DNA of 55,128 nt, filler included, from Perkinsus olseni (GCA_013115125.1; 3 parts of 3 records of this genome joined end to end with filler, not necessarily neighbours in it); one strand, 5' to 3'. Numbered from the whole stretch's first letter, positions 1 to 12,818 are shown. Notes: generated by a model from the letters alone, not told the origin. Translations and numbers: made by a program.

Positions 1-5
1 ATAGA

Positions 6-563
6 TCACTTAAGCCTAGCAGTAGACAATATCACAATACATTGCGTGGCGAGCGACAGCCGACACGACAACAAAGACCCTTGCGGCATGTGAGCGTGGT
101 GGGTGCGGATACTCAAGGCCTTGGGAATGAACAACTCCGTCATTCGTGCCTCGGGGCAAAGTTCATTTCTATAAAATCTGGTGTCCCTGCCCTCCTTGAA
201 CTTTGGTGATAGAAAATCAGGACTGTCTTTGTGAGTGCCGAGGAAACGGATGGAGTCCACCTCGACCGGTCCCAACCTTCTGATGAGTTCGCCGTCCGTG
301 AGGCGAATGTTATAGTAGTCGTAAGATAAGGCCTCTCCGGTATTGTAATTGACGTTCTTCTCCTTCACACCAGACGCTTCATCGGTGACATCAATAATCG
401 GCCTCGAGCCATCTTTCGGGACTTTGAATGTGATTCGCGTACACTGCCTGTCATCCAGAGAACAGCGGCAGTAGTGTCCATTCGGGTACCTCGATACCTC
501 AGCCGAGGACTGCCCCTCAAGAGCAATCGCCAAGATAAGGAGAATGCGGAGATGTGACATCAC
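6..563 (-). CDS. Putative secreted protein of unknown function (3' end may be spliced or run off the window)
   Basis: ORF starts with a signal-peptide-like segment (MMSHLRILLILAIALEGQSSA) followed by YPNGHYC, similar to the P-x-G-x-Y start of the other small secreted proteins here. No family recognised. Confidence 0.55.
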   Translation of the reverse strand: MMSHLRILLILAIALEGQSSAEVSRYPNGHYCRCSLDDRQCTRITFKVPKDGSRPIIDVTDEASGVKEKNVNYNTGEALSYDYYNIRLTDGELIRRLGPVEVDSIRFLGTHKDSPDFLSPKFKEGRDTRFYRNELCPEARMTELFIPKALSIRTHHAHMPQGSLLSCRLSLATQCIVILSTARLK

Positions 564-1186
564 GACTAGCCCACTGTAAACTAGCCAGTGGTAAAGAGCT
601 TATGATTGGGAGACGGGTAGCTATCGGGAGGCGTCGCGTCTCCGCAGCGCTGGCGTGCGCGGTTCGGGTGGAACGACACTTGGAATAACAACACGAGCTC
701 GAACGAATCGTTCGGAACGATCGATGGTGATGCTGGCGAACTCGCACACGGAAGAATTTGCAGATACGTCATGGGCATCCACTCCGACGGATCCCTACTG
801 TCTCACTAAAGCCGACCATATAGCAGCCATCAGGTCGCATGGGTCGAGATCTCCGACTCAAGGATGACGAGACACCGGGTGACGCGGGTTTCCGATTGTA
901 CAACACTTGGGGTACTTTATTTTTCTGGTGTAACAGGCAGCGGATTCGACAGTGTTGATTCTATGCCATTTTCACCTCAACTTAAAAGGGTGGGACCTCA
1001 ATTTAGATACTCTTTTCGAAATTTATAATGCGTTGCACAAGCACTTGTTCCGGCCGATGACGATCACCCATTGACGGACCTCAACAACAACACAATCAGT
1101 AAGGCGTAGAAAAAATGGTAGGAAATGTTCCCAATCGGCGAAAATAAAGAGCTACCTGAATACTATCACTAAGTCGTACATGCGAA

Positions 1187-3751
1187 TTACAGCAGATCTA
1201 CGAGGCTGCCGCTGCTCGTTGTGGTTGTAGCTGTCGTAGTCGCGGAGGAACAAGTGTGACTCGAAGGCGGCGTCCCCGCTGGGCATCTGCCAATAACAAT
1301 GATTAACAATTGAAGCCTATCCATTTCATAGTCTGTTCTGGCATAATGGACGTGATTCATGCCTTTCATTACGAAGGACGTAGGTTCAATTCCCAAAGAC
1401 ACTCAGTATTCGTTGCGAGACACTTCCACTTTCACGTTCTATTCACGGTTCACTTCTAAGCGTCGTTCCACGTATACACTCATAATTTATGAGTCATAAA
1501 TCGCTGCGGGATACTCTAACTCTAAGGACATGACAGAGCTAACAGTCCCTAAGTGATGAACACTTCCACTACTCCTCAATTTGACAGCCCAAACCCTACT
1601 TTGCCATCTCGGTGTGACTGCGGATGTCGAGAAGATCCGCACTACGGCCGGGCCGCGAACTCGCGGGTGAGCACGAGCCTTCGCTCTCCGACGTATCAAT
1701 TGTAAAGGCTGGGCGAGCGAAACCCTGTATGAAACCTGACACGCGACTCTCAGCGTTAGACCAACGACGAGACACCGTTCTCTGAGCACTGAGGGGAGCT
1801 AGAAGAAAAGAGCCCAGCGCTTTCGACCCTCATTCGAAACGAATAGACAGTGTGATCGTGTGGACAGCGTCCACTGGACATGCAATCCTCATATTTCCCA
1901 GCGCTGGTAGTAACTGTCCCTATAGTACTGAGAGGATTTAATCAGAATCACTATAGCCGTGCTCCAATGACTACATCTGGCCATCCCCACTACAAACACT
2001 TGCGGTGGGCGGTGAACAATTTACAGTCCAAATATGCGAATCGAGCAGAAGTCCATGAGCCCCAAGAAAGCCCTTAAGTACCATCTTTCAACGGTTTGGA
2101 TGCAATCGACGGACCACCATTGCTCGCCACCGTTGCTATTCCGTTCCGGTGAGGACGGACCGCAGAACCAACTGGAAGACCTGAGAGAGGCAACAAAATG
2201 GACGCTCCGTGCGGGGTGAGTCCATATAGGGGCATGTCCGTAGCATGGACGTACACATGGATGTACAGCATAAAACCATGAAGCAGAGTACAAAGCAGAG
2301 TCCGCTGGGAGTGCGTCTGAGCGCTGCATTCTTGGCACGTTGAAGTTGCTAACCAAATCCCCTCGAACCAAGAAACATCGGAACTAGTCTAACTAAGCTG
2401 ACTTCCGGCGTTAGAATTAAAATCGACACCAATGCCGCCGAGAGTCCCCCTTTTTCTGCTCAACCCCAAACAGGAAAAATTCCTATCAGACTATCAAAAT
2501 TCGCGCACGGACTCCAATTCTACCAAGTCGCGGCTCTCTACTACGACGTCAGAACGTGCGACTACTAAACTGCGTTAGCCGGCCTACACTAGACGACCGG
2601 AAAGTTCTGAAGGCGCGAAAACTTCTCCCCCAAAGTACCGCTATAGCCTTTCCTAGTTCTGGCTCCAACTGGCGAGCTCTCTGAGACACTCGATGATGAC
2701 GATGCTGGAGAGGCACCTGAGTAAAATCAGTAGCCCCACAATCACGTAGCCGGACCTTCACCACCTCCTCTGTAGAAGCCATTTCGCTTCGGCGCTGGAA
2801 TCAGCCTCGGCGACCCGTATTTTCTAATAGACTCTTCCGCAGCTCGATAGCGATCCGTGACCAAGTCTCGAACTTCCGAAGCTTTCGCTCTGATCATCCG
2901 AGTGACGCGAGGATCCTCTTTGCTGGTGAAATGGCCAAACAACTAACGAACGAAGGTTACACAATTGGCGAGAAGGTAGTCGGCCTACCACAAGACGCTG
3001 TGTGACGTCAAAGTGCGTGCCGACTGAGCACTCCTTCCAGAGCTCCTGGCTGCCGGTCAAAGCGAGAGCCTCTAGCACAAGCAGGCTAGAAAAGCTTTCT
3101 CTCCAAGAGGCTGACCGACTAAGGCCCCACGCCAGTTGCTGGGAAGAAGTAGCATAGACAAAAAGGCGCAGGTTCGATCCCTAGTACCTCCATCATAGCT
3201 TCTCTAGATCGTCTGCCCTCGTAAGAGGCCCGGCAGATCTTTTCCAAATCGTCCTTCATTTTAAGTGAGCCAATGCCCTCGAGGAAGCCCATGTGGTCCT
3301 CACAAGAAATCAGTCGCCGGACAACCTATTCAAGACGTCCCGATCGAATCACTCTCAACAAGGCCGAACTTGATCGGCCGGTTGTCAGGGCCCCTGTCTC
3401 CAGCGAAACGTAGCGGCAGTCCAATACACGGTCGGTTGAATACCCGGTGTAGTTATTCCAATATGTATAGTTATCACGATGAACTTTGCGAGAGTTGTAC
3501 TATATACCTCTGCTGAGTTGCAAGAGCACTCCCATGTCTTTCACACGCTAAAAAATCAAGGCCAAAAGCGCTCCTGAATTTCAGGAGAGGCAGCAGTGTA
3601 CTGAACGCCTCCAGAGTACCTCAGCCGTCTCCTCAGCATCGCTGTTGATATCGGCCTTATCGGCCGTTGAGATCACTCGAGCCACCGGTCTTAAAATGTC
3701 CGCCACAGTATCCGAGAAGCCTCGAGATGGACGTGTCGCTCCGGTGGGCAT
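1187..3751 (-). CDS. ENTH (epsin N-terminal homology) domain protein, multi-exon
   Basis: Hand-spliced exons from ATG 3751 give ...VVRRLISCEDHMG...DDLEKICRASYE...MMEQLAWGLSRSASWRESFSSLLVLEALALTGSQELWKE...FTSKEDPRVTRMIRAKASEVRDLV, matching the ENTH helical pattern (WR..YKxLxLxEYL..GS; VRxKAxxL). A Ser/Thr-rich tail probably ends SSGSLVDLL* at 1187. The 3' exons are less certain. Confidence 0.7.
1375..1396 (+). promoter_or_regulatory. Orphan B-box / tRNA-3'-half element
   Basis: AGGAC GTAGG TTCAATT CCCAA, no tRNA 5' half or A-box seen upstream. Probably in the last intron of the ENTH gene, antisense to it. Confidence 0.6.
3163..3192 (+). promoter_or_regulatory. Orphan B-box / tRNA-3'-half element in a 49-nt intron
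   Basis: AAGGC GCAGG TTCGATC CCTAG TACCTCC A. Antisense within minus-strand intron 3139-3187 (GT..AG); splicing restores the ENTH frame MME|QLAW. Confidence 0.75.
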
Positions 3752-4904
3752 ACGATTATTACAAAACCCTAGTACTGTGCGTGATGACTAGCGATGGACA
3801 GCCGTGGGCGGTTCCTGAGGTCAATCACTGAGAGGAAGAAGAAGATACGGGCTGTATCTTGCGCCGAAGGAGACACTTTCTCAGCAATATAATTCGACGA
3901 ATATGGTCTACCTGCGGTCACAGTATTATTCGTCATGCTTGTGAACCATATGCGCGTCGCGTGTGAAGGGGACGAAAACGATTTCAATTTTTGCCGAGCT
4001 CAGTCGCAAGCCGCGATCCGTTGCAATTTGATTCACAAGCTCTACGCAGGAGATGCAGACCAGAGAGCAACCGTGATCGCTCTTCTTCTAGTTTGCCGCC
4101 GGGGGATACCAGAGCAAGCGGCATGAACCGACTGCTGCCGCTACGACGTACCTGTACTATGCTAAGACAGAGCTACGGACGAGGAATGGCCATCCTGGGC
4201 GTCTCCCAGAGACGGAAACAGAATCGCCGCGTCTCCTGTACAGAGGAGGCCTCGAAGCTTTGTCGCGAGTTATAGAAGACGACATGCCCGCTCATTAGAC
4301 CCTGGTCTAAAGCCCTTGCGCGATGTGCTAAGATCAGTATGTTTCACCTTCAGTTGCCGTGGGCGCAACGCAACTTCAAATTGGCGTCACACGGGCCGTT
4401 CAATAGAGGTTGCGAAAAAAGTATTTCTGGAACTGGTTTTCAAAACTGGTCCTCGTACCGCGTGCGAAGAAATGAGGTTCGGAAATCCCTGAAACTGATT
4501 CAGGAACCAGTTCTCAGTTTCAGGCCCCGTCTAGTGAACGACCCGCCAGATCTTGCAGTTGGACATATTAATGCTGCCTTACGTGCCATACCCCACCCTC
4601 GAGCAAGGATTCGTACCCAAGACGCATTGTATGCGATTACAGGAGCAGATGTGGCGCAAAGCCTTGCCCATCCTGGAGCTGGTTCTCGGTAAGCTGGTGA
4701 CCGCTCGTGTATAGTTGGGAGACGCTGAGGCCCACGAAGAATCAAAAATTTGGTGTTGAGATCATGAAAGTCAAAATTTGATGAAAATTATTTATTCAAT
4801 CCGAGCAGATAGTCGTGGCCAACTGCGTCATGGACTAATCAGTGTATAGGAGAGTAAATGAGAGATCGATAAAACGGAAGAACCTACCGGGAAGATGAAG
4901 AACA

Positions 4905-6178
4905 TTTTGATCGATGAAAAAGTTCGGGTAGTGCTAAAAAACGTGATAGCACCACTATAAAACTTATTACGTATTATAATGTCGATTCTGGTATGCGATT
5001 ATGAATATATAGATAGACTCGAATCGAAACAATGCAGGGGTAATAGCTTCCCTTGAGTACGCCGCGAGCCTCGTGCCAGTGAAGATTTCACGAAGCTGAT
5101 GCTGAGCCCCGGGATTGAACCCGGGACCTCCTTAAACGTGGTAAAATGACGACTAGGATCGATTCTGAGTTCCAGGAATTGTTCATTGAACAACCGCAGA
5201 CTCTCACTTTTTCGTGCACGTAGTGCGTTATATTCGGTGTATCCCTGCGAAGCGAAGTATATCTAGCCTGGGCGGTATTGCTCTTTCTGTTCAGTGGAAG
5301 ACCCGTCGCCACCACCGGAGGCCTGGGAAATGATAGTAGGTGCTTACTATTAACCGTTTGGGAACTCATGTCCATGGCTGAGTGGAATACTGAGATTCTA
5401 CCTATCTTAAACTACACTGATAAAGTCATTCACTAGCGTCAAGCTGAGCTAAGGTTCCATAGTTGTGCACTCGCACAACTACATTTACGTCCAGCCCCGA
5501 CACAGTGAGCGTATAAGGTTATCCAAGGTACATTCAACCCTCCTTCAAGTAGCCCGGCACGAGATCTCGAGAAATGCCGAGGGGCTCTGTCCAACAGAAC
5601 TGCTTATACTTCAAGAGATGTGCAACTACGCTAGAGAACAAATGGTGAAATGCCGAGGCGAGACGCAGACCACGTTCATTGATTCGTCTCAGATGAACTC
5701 GTCAGCGCTGCCCGATTATACCCTCCCTGTGCGGCCCTTCCGGCCATGTCGATTCACTTCGCGTTATCCCGCTAACAACCGACGCCGTGAGCGGGCGTTC
5801 ACAGAAACGCAAGAATCTCCAAAGGTACGTTGATGACCTATCGGTGTGGCTCATAGATTAGAGCATTCCTCGGGGCCTAGTTGGAAACACTCAGGCCCTG
5901 GATGCACATAAGGTACCGTCAGAGCTCACGTTTTTGAGAGAACTTCTGTCCGAGGTGGGTCTGGATTCCAGATAGTCTCTCGCTACATCAACAGCGACGA
6001 CCGGCTTGAATTGGAGCTCTACGAATCCCCGGCGATCGAGTATCTTGCAGGCCCTAGTGAGCGTTCAGTGCCAGCCCCTGTCGCGCGGTATAGATGGGAC
6101 CATCAATTCTACGACGATAGCGAGACAGGTGACAATATTGACGACTACGCGCCTACCGTAACATTGAATGGTCGATAG
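4905..6178 (+). CDS. Hypothetical multi-exon protein (start uncertain)
   Basis: Coding-like segments TRIETMQ|GIDSEFQELFIEQPQ, VHSTLLQVARHEISRNAEG and a terminal exon ...FERTSVRGGSGFQIVSRYINSDDRLELELYESP...NGR* separated by GT-AG introns. No family recognised. Confidence 0.35.
5100..5129 (-). promoter_or_regulatory. Orphan B-box / tRNA-3'-half element
   Basis: Minus strand AGGTC CCGGG TTCAATC CCGGG GCTCAGC A. No anticodon or D arm upstream. Probably within plus-strand intron about 5040-5156. Confidence 0.7.
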
Positions 6179-7810
6179 AACGCCATCGGAGTGGTGGCAA
6201 CACAGTTTTACCCTCTGTGCGAAGACTTTCCCTATACTCTCAACGATTGCCGGTCGTGGCTTGTGTTTCCTAGGCTGACTGTGCTGAAACTTTCAGCACC
6301 TTTCTCCCCTTTCTTTTTTTCCAAGTCAGGAAGGGCCGCCAAGTCACCAAGTGAGTGTTATCTCGACAGGTTCTCGGTCAAGTTTACGCCAGCAGTCCAT
6401 CACAATCACATTAACGATAATTCTCACACCGAATTCTCCATAGATGTCTGTACCTGTTGTTGAATAACTGCATAAGGCTTGTTTCGTTTCGTACCAACAC
6501 GTCGGGATTCATCAAAAGCTCACCACAAGTTTTTAGGATCTTTCTCTGATTGCTGTGAGCAGCTGTCGCAGGCTGAAGGCAGTACTCGAAAAAGCGCGAA
6601 ATCTGTCACAGCGATCAATACTTTGCCGCTTGTTCTCCTGACTAGAGGCAATCCGAGTCATCTCGGACCAGGCTGGGAGTCAGAGCTGACTACGAGCTCC
6701 GTGGCGGGATGCTCACGGTCCCAGTCTCGCTCTGAACTCGCCACAGAACTGAGGTTCGCGAGCACAGCATACGGGGTCTCGATCCGGAGGCAAACGAGTC
6801 GTTTGAAACGACCGCTGCGTTTGTTGGAAAGTCATCCGTTGCAATGAGGGCGGGAGTCCCAAAGGATGATCTCTGAGGATCTCAAATGTGCACGCGTGCG
6901 GTTCCCGTAGTGCACGCACACCCAAGCTGCATTGCATACCCGATCCACTTAGCGCTGAGCCTCGATCGGACTACACCTCGGGCTGAGTAGTTGTGGATTC
7001 GAGACCCTGTACGCTGTGTTCTTCCACATGTTAACAACAAAACTCTAGCGTGTCGCACAGAAATTCCCTGCGAGAGTGGAGGTTACATCCTACACGCGTG
7101 CTACACAGTAGCACGCGAACACATCGAGTGTTGTGGGATACAGACTTATATGATGTCGCCATCGTCACATGGCCAATGCCTACGAACGATCGTCCATAAT
7201 AATGTGCTGATCCTTGATAAGCTCTGGCAATGTGGCAAGGGGACAGCTATGAGAATAGCTAAGTCGCAGAGTTACTATTTGAGTTCGTCGGACGAACTCT
7301 TACTCAATGTGTACGCATATCCGCTGGCGCGCCGAAACCGGACGGCTCTTCAACAGTCTCTCTAATGATCCAGTTCAGATAATCCCTCTCCACCAGTCCA
7401 GTGGTGCCTTCCACTACGACACTGGTCGTGGGCCCTGACTCCCTGACAAAGGTAGATCCATCTAACGTTAGTACCCGCCTACCTAAGGGAGTAGAATACG
7501 CTCGTGGTGACAAGGTGCCCTGCCCGGCCAGTTGTCCCGTTCCGCTGAGCGTCATTTCGATAGTTGAAATTAGGCCCATTGCATGACTACTCTTTGCGTG
7601 AGCGAGATATCATCGTATCCAACAATCTCGTCTACAAATCTGTACGTTACGTGCCCGACTTCACCCCCAGATGGTTCCATCCATCCAAGATAGAGTCCCG
7701 CAAGATCGGCACAGTGCTTCCGGGCGTGACGCAGAGCAGCGTGACGCGTTCTGTAAGCTAGCGCAGCGGGAAGCGTATCCATTTACCTGAAGTGCGGTTT
7801 GTGCTCTACA

Positions 7811-8563
7811 ATGAAGTCGATAGCTGTGGTTTCGTTCTTGTTGTTCGTCACCGGTGCCGCCCTCACAAGTGACTCAGCCGGGACCACAAGACGTTTGGTT
7901 CCGGGCTCTGTTGTTTATCCTAAGGGGTGCTCCAAGGACAAGAAGTCCAAAGAAGAACCTTTTTGTGTCGTGGGTACCTTTGATTTCACGAACGCCTTGA
8001 AGCTGTCCGTGACTACTTACCTTTTCGACCTCGAAGACGCACCTAAGTCCACGAGTTTACACTTCGATATGGCTATCAAAGACTCAGCCCCCGCTGGTCT
8101 GAACGTCACAGGTGGAGGTTGTGCCAAGGTTGCTGATAAGAAGGAGCTTGACGATATAGTGGAAGGAGCGGTCGTCCTCTGCACTGAAACGGTGGGGGAC
8201 GGCGTCGGGAAGTATGACCCCACAACAGGAGACTGGAGCGCTGACCTCCTAGTGAAAGCGTTTGTTGAAGCTAAGGCCTTCGGATCTGACTTCATCACAT
8301 TGCCCGCGATCTCCAAAGTCGTCACCGCTCGTATGGGCCCGAACTACGACTTCGGTGTTGATGCTTCCTTCGAGGAGTCCACTGGCGACGAGGATGACAA
8401 GGGGATGTCGATCGCTTTCGACCTCACTATGAACAACAAGGACGGGTCCATAACCACTTGGGAGCTCAATGGTGCCGCCAAGTTCCGCGTGTGGTGGGAT
8501 CCGTTCTTCGATAAACATCCCGAAGCTGAACTGTTCAGCAAAGTCTTCGACCTCAAGCTATGA
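7811..8563 (+). CDS. Secreted protein, tandem family copy 1 (about 250 aa, intronless)
   Basis: Signal peptide MKSIAVVSFLLFVTGAALT. Blocks EPFC, GLNVTGGGCAKVADKKEL, DASFEESTG, KGMSIAFDLTM, WEL, WWDP shared with copies 2 and 3. Confidence 0.85.
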   Translation: MKSIAVVSFLLFVTGAALTSDSAGTTRRLVPGSVVYPKGCSKDKKSKEEPFCVVGTFDFTNALKLSVTTYLFDLEDAPKSTSLHFDMAIKDSAPAGLNVTGGGCAKVADKKELDDIVEGAVVLCTETVGDGVGKYDPTTGDWSADLLVKAFVEAKAFGSDFITLPAISKVVTARMGPNYDFGVDASFEESTGDEDDKGMSIAFDLTMNNKDGSITTWELNGAAKFRVWWDPFFDKHPEAELFSKVFDLKL

Positions 8564-9566
8564 GTCATGGCCTATGACCGTCGAAACCTATGCGTCTTCG
8601 CGGTGGGTCTAGGGCTCATTGTCGCTAGTACTGCACCCGTCGCAGCGCTCTCCTTTTTATGTCAACGATTTTATGGACACCGTCTCAGATTTTATCGTAA
8701 ACATCTCCTTTTTCGTGGACACAACCAACAATGTCTTTTCATGAGTAGTATCCACTGGTTACAATAGCCGGCAGGTGAGCAGTTTCGTTTGATGGGAGCG
8801 TAGCAACGCTCGCTCTTTTCATATCATTGAGCTCGTACTCTGTCACCTAGAGTACCCCAGAGTCACTAGTCATTGATGGACTCATTCAGTCACTAGTCAT
8901 ATGTTAACATGGTTGAGTTTGTTACCAGTGGTTCTCGGTGTGAGAGATTTCCATCACAGCCTTCAGAGGGAGCCAATAGGCCACCGACTGAGTCCCCAGT
9001 AAGATCGACCCCGAAGAACGCCTGCGAGTTGAGGGACTTGAGCACCGCTGCAGAGCGCCCGTTCGCGAATCTGGCAGGTAGATTGGCAGGTACAGTAGAT
9101 ATCAGCTCGTTCCACTCGAGCTGGCCAGCATTGAGAATTCGCATGGAAGTCAGCAGTTCCTGGTGCCCCCGAGACTTGTCTTTGCTGAGTGGTGGGCGAA
9201 GAGCACCGCTGTGATGAAGCCCTTATGACACCCATAATGGGTGATCCATGGCAGCCTCAGCCGACGAGTTTCCGGGAATAATCACGAGGAAGTCTTCGAG
9301 CACTACGCTTTTTGATTGACACTATCCAGCCCCAAACTCGCTCCATAACTGGACCGGCACGGGCCTTGGGGGCTTATGTCGGCAAAATATCAGTTCCGCT
9401 CGCCATGTCACGACATTAGAGACACTCGCCTTGCTTGTTGATCAGCGCCCTTACCACATTCCGCACCTTACATTTCATCAATGACGACACTTGTATCGAC
9501 TTTCTTCGCGTGGCACGATCGTGCGTGCACAGCTCAGCGCAACGACGAGCTTAGAGTTTTCTCTCG

Positions 9567-10349
9567 ATGAACAACTTAACGCAGTATTTTGCAATGAAGT
9601 TGATAGCTCTGGTCTTCCTGAACTTCATCATCAACGGGATAGCTTCCGCCGACTGGCCCGCCCCAAAGATGCCCCTCAGACATTGGCCTAAGGGTCCGTT
9701 TTCCCATCCCTCGGCATGTACCGGGGAGATGAAGCCTAAAGACGAGCCCTTTTGTGTTGTGGGGACCGTCGACTCGGCGCCCATTCAGAAGGTTTCCATC
9801 GGGATATATATCTTCGACGTCGAGGACGCTCACAAGTCCACTCATTTGCAGTTTGATATGGCTATCAAAAATTCAGTTCCTATTGGTCTGAACGTCACTG
9901 GTGGAAGTTGTGCCAGGGTTGCTGACAAGAAAGAGTTACATGATGCAATGGAAGGCGTGGTCACCCTCTGCACTGAACCTGTGGGGGACGGCGTAGGCCA
10001 CTTTGATCGCAGAACTGGATACTGGAACGCTGAGTTCTCGGTGAAGGCTGACGCTGAATGTCTTGTCTTCGGGAACGAGTTCAACAAGATATCTTCCATC
10101 TCGAAGGTCGTTACTGCTCAGATTGGCCCGAACAAGAACTTCGCCTTCGATGCCTCGTTCGAAGAGTCTACTGGCGACGAGCGCAATAAGGGCATGTCGA
10201 TCGCCTTCGACCTCACTATGAAAGCGAGAGACTCCCGTTTGTCCAGTTGGGAGCTCAAGGGAGCCGCGGTGTTCCATATATGGTGGGAACCTTTACTCGA
10301 TCATCTCTTGGAAGCCGAGTTGTTTCATAGACTCTTTAGACTATCATAA
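9567..10349 (+). CDS. Secreted protein, tandem family copy 2
   Basis: Paralogue of 7811-8563 with the same conserved blocks and cysteines. Likely start at the second Met (9594, MKLIALVFL). Confidence 0.85.
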   Translation: MNNLTQYFAMKLIALVFLNFIINGIASADWPAPKMPLRHWPKGPFSHPSACTGEMKPKDEPFCVVGTVDSAPIQKVSIGIYIFDVEDAHKSTHLQFDMAIKNSVPIGLNVTGGSCARVADKKELHDAMEGVVTLCTEPVGDGVGHFDRRTGYWNAEFSVKADAECLVFGNEFNKISSISKVVTAQIGPNKNFAFDASFEESTGDERNKGMSIAFDLTMKARDSRLSSWELKGAAVFHIWWEPLLDHLLEAELFHRLFRLS

Positions 10350-11749
10350 TAAAGACTATCGTAGAATCCTCACAGGCCGCAGTCACGTGTCATTGACGCG
10401 GTGGAGCCGTCAAATCTGAGACAAGAATCTTATTATTTCAATTCTCAGAGTGTTTTCAAGGTTTGATAGAGTCTTTCAGACCGAAGTTCGACGTGACTAA
10501 GTGCGGTTGTTGGGTTGCTGAGTACAGCTCGCGGAGGAGTTTAACTGGCTAGGGGAGACAGTCATCGAAGACGACCTTCGACACGACGGTTGCAGAGTGC
10601 TCGATATGCACTCGCCTTTGATCTCGTACTGCATCCTGTAGTATTAACCACACGCCGCCAGTGCGATAAGTTATCGTCGCGTGTGTGTGCTCATAGTCAA
10701 CCACCAGTTCCGGCTCAGTTGGACTCTTGCCGGTGTTCTCAGTTAGGGGCTCCTAAGCTGTTGCCACCAAGGGTAGAGCTTTGCAAAACAAGTATTTCGG
10801 GTTCGATATAAAGTTTGGGAGCCCCGCAGCTTGAGGCGCCTCGTTTTACTGCTGGATGGTTTCCCGGGAACTGAGATCATCTTCATTTCTTTTCGTGGCC
10901 TTCCAGAAAGAATCCGAGAATCCTCTGAGCCGCTATAGTCTCTTGAAAGGATCCAGTGACTCAGATTTGTGAAGGGCACGCGAGGAGAGCTGAAAAATAG
11001 CATACGCGCGAGTGTCAGTTCGAAATTCGAAGAGCTGAGTGACGCAAATGAGTTCCGGAGTACATCAACTCGGAGGGTAAATAGAGTCTTCGTCTTTCGA
11101 GCTTATTCTTTCGAGGGGAATTCGCTACAGATATATACACAAGGAAAGATTGGCGTATGATGACCATAAGTATTCATATTGGCTCGAGCCTGGCGGGTCC
11201 TCAGGGTCCCACAAGCTGGGGACTACATGTGCAACAGTGCTAGCACAGCTACTAGCTTAGCTGCTAGTGCCCCAGCTCGATCAAGATCGATAGCAACGGG
11301 CTCTTGGGACTTAGGAGTCTTACTAAGCAGCTGTTCCGATGGTGAAAGAAAGGAGAGAGCGAGAGAACTCAGGCTTAGTGTCCCCCAATGTTCATAAACC
11401 GACTGGCGGTGGCACCACGGCTGAAGCGTCACACTGACGGTCTGTCGTGAGGTCAGCGCACTGCTCGCGTGCTGCATGCTGTGCGAATCCCTATAGAGAA
11501 TCATAACAATCCAGTTCATAATCTTCTGTCATATACGGGTGGGATATAAAAAAAGAACAGCTTAGCTTGCCCACACTCGACAGCCAGCCAGTGCGACCTC
11601 ACTTTTGTCCGAACTCCCCAGGCAAATAGTAGCGTTTTGCGAACGTACACAGGGTCGCGTTATTGATACGCAGTCAAAGCTGCTTAGTTTAGCGTGGAAC
11701 ATCAGCGTGCTCCTTTACAATTGACGATAAGACATATTTGCTTGATATT

Positions 11750-12505
11750 ATGAAGTCGACGGCCCTGGTCTTCATCCATTGCATCATCGGTTCTACCGCC
11801 CTAGTCGTTGATTCAGCGAAGCCGTCCCTCGAAGGATCGTCTAGGGCAAACTTCTCTTACCCGCCGGGTTTTACTGGCAGCAAGAGACCTAATGAGAAGC
11901 CCTTCTGCTCTGTGGGGAGTATTGACTTTTCCGAAGTTGACAAAATATCGACGACAGTCTACATCTTCGACGACGCTGACTCTTCAAAGTCCACCCATTT
12001 GCACTTCAATATGGCCCTGACGAAAGACTCAACCCCCATTGGTATGAACGTCACGGGTGGAGGGTGTGCCAACGTGGTGGACAAGAAGGAGCTAGGTCTA
12101 GTGGAGGGAGCGGTAGTGCTCTGCACTGAGACTATTGACGAGGGCGTCGGAACCTACAACATGCAAACTAAGCAAGCCGAAGTCGATTTCCTGTTGAAGG
12201 CCGACGCTGAAGCTCGTGTACTTGGGTATGACGTGATCGAAACGCCCACAGTCTCCAAAGCCGTCACTGCTCATATTGGCCCGAACAACGACTTCGCCTT
12301 TGACGCCTCCTTCGAGGAGTCCACCGGGAACAAGAAGAAGAAGGGCATGTCGATTGCTTTCGACCTCACTATGAACACTAAGGACCATTCTCTGTTCACT
12401 TGGGAGCTCATGGGAGCACTCAAGTTCCACGTCTGGTGGGAGCCGCTCTTCGATGAGCACCCCGAAGTTGAACTCTTTGACGAAGTCTTCAAAATCAAGC
12501 TATGA
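11750..12505 (+). CDS. Secreted protein, tandem family copy 3
   Basis: ATG at 11750 (MKSTALVFIHCIIG), same conserved blocks as copies 1 and 2. Confidence 0.85.
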   Translation: MKSTALVFIHCIIGSTALVVDSAKPSLEGSSRANFSYPPGFTGSKRPNEKPFCSVGSIDFSEVDKISTTVYIFDDADSSKSTHLHFNMALTKDSTPIGMNVTGGGCANVVDKKELGLVEGAVVLCTETIDEGVGTYNMQTKQAEVDFLLKADAEARVLGYDVIETPTVSKAVTAHIGPNNDFAFDASFEESTGNKKKKGMSIAFDLTMNTKDHSLFTWELMGALKFHVWWEPLFDEHPEVELFDEVFKIKL

Positions 12506-12818
12506 TTATCGAAGCAACTGGCTAGCTTTGTGAGTTCAAACCCGGTCTAGCTAGCCGTTCAGCGGCTGAACTTCAGCCTCATCGGCGCTTCACAACATTT
12601 CCCTATTATATTCACAGTTTTTAGTCTCACTCGTCAGAAGAGTCTTGGAGACTCATTTTCAAACCTAATCAGGACTTTTTGTGCTCATAGTCAACAGTGC
12701 TTGATACGGACAGCGTTTCCCTTTTCCTGGGTTACCATAATTTGGCGAGTTTCTGGTCCTCACAGATTGATAGCATGACGAACACAACGAGTACTCAGCA
12801 GAGAGAGACACATAAAGA

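Noticed and set aside
5100-5180. Possible full tRNA genes or split-tRNA halves at the orphan B-box sites
   Set aside because: No D or anticodon arms upstream, T-stems often cannot pair, and I found no matching 5' halves in the window, so they are not called tRNAs.
8017-12498. Antisense ORFs conserved across the three secreted paralogues
   Set aside because: Shadows of the sense-strand coding sequence and its codon bias.
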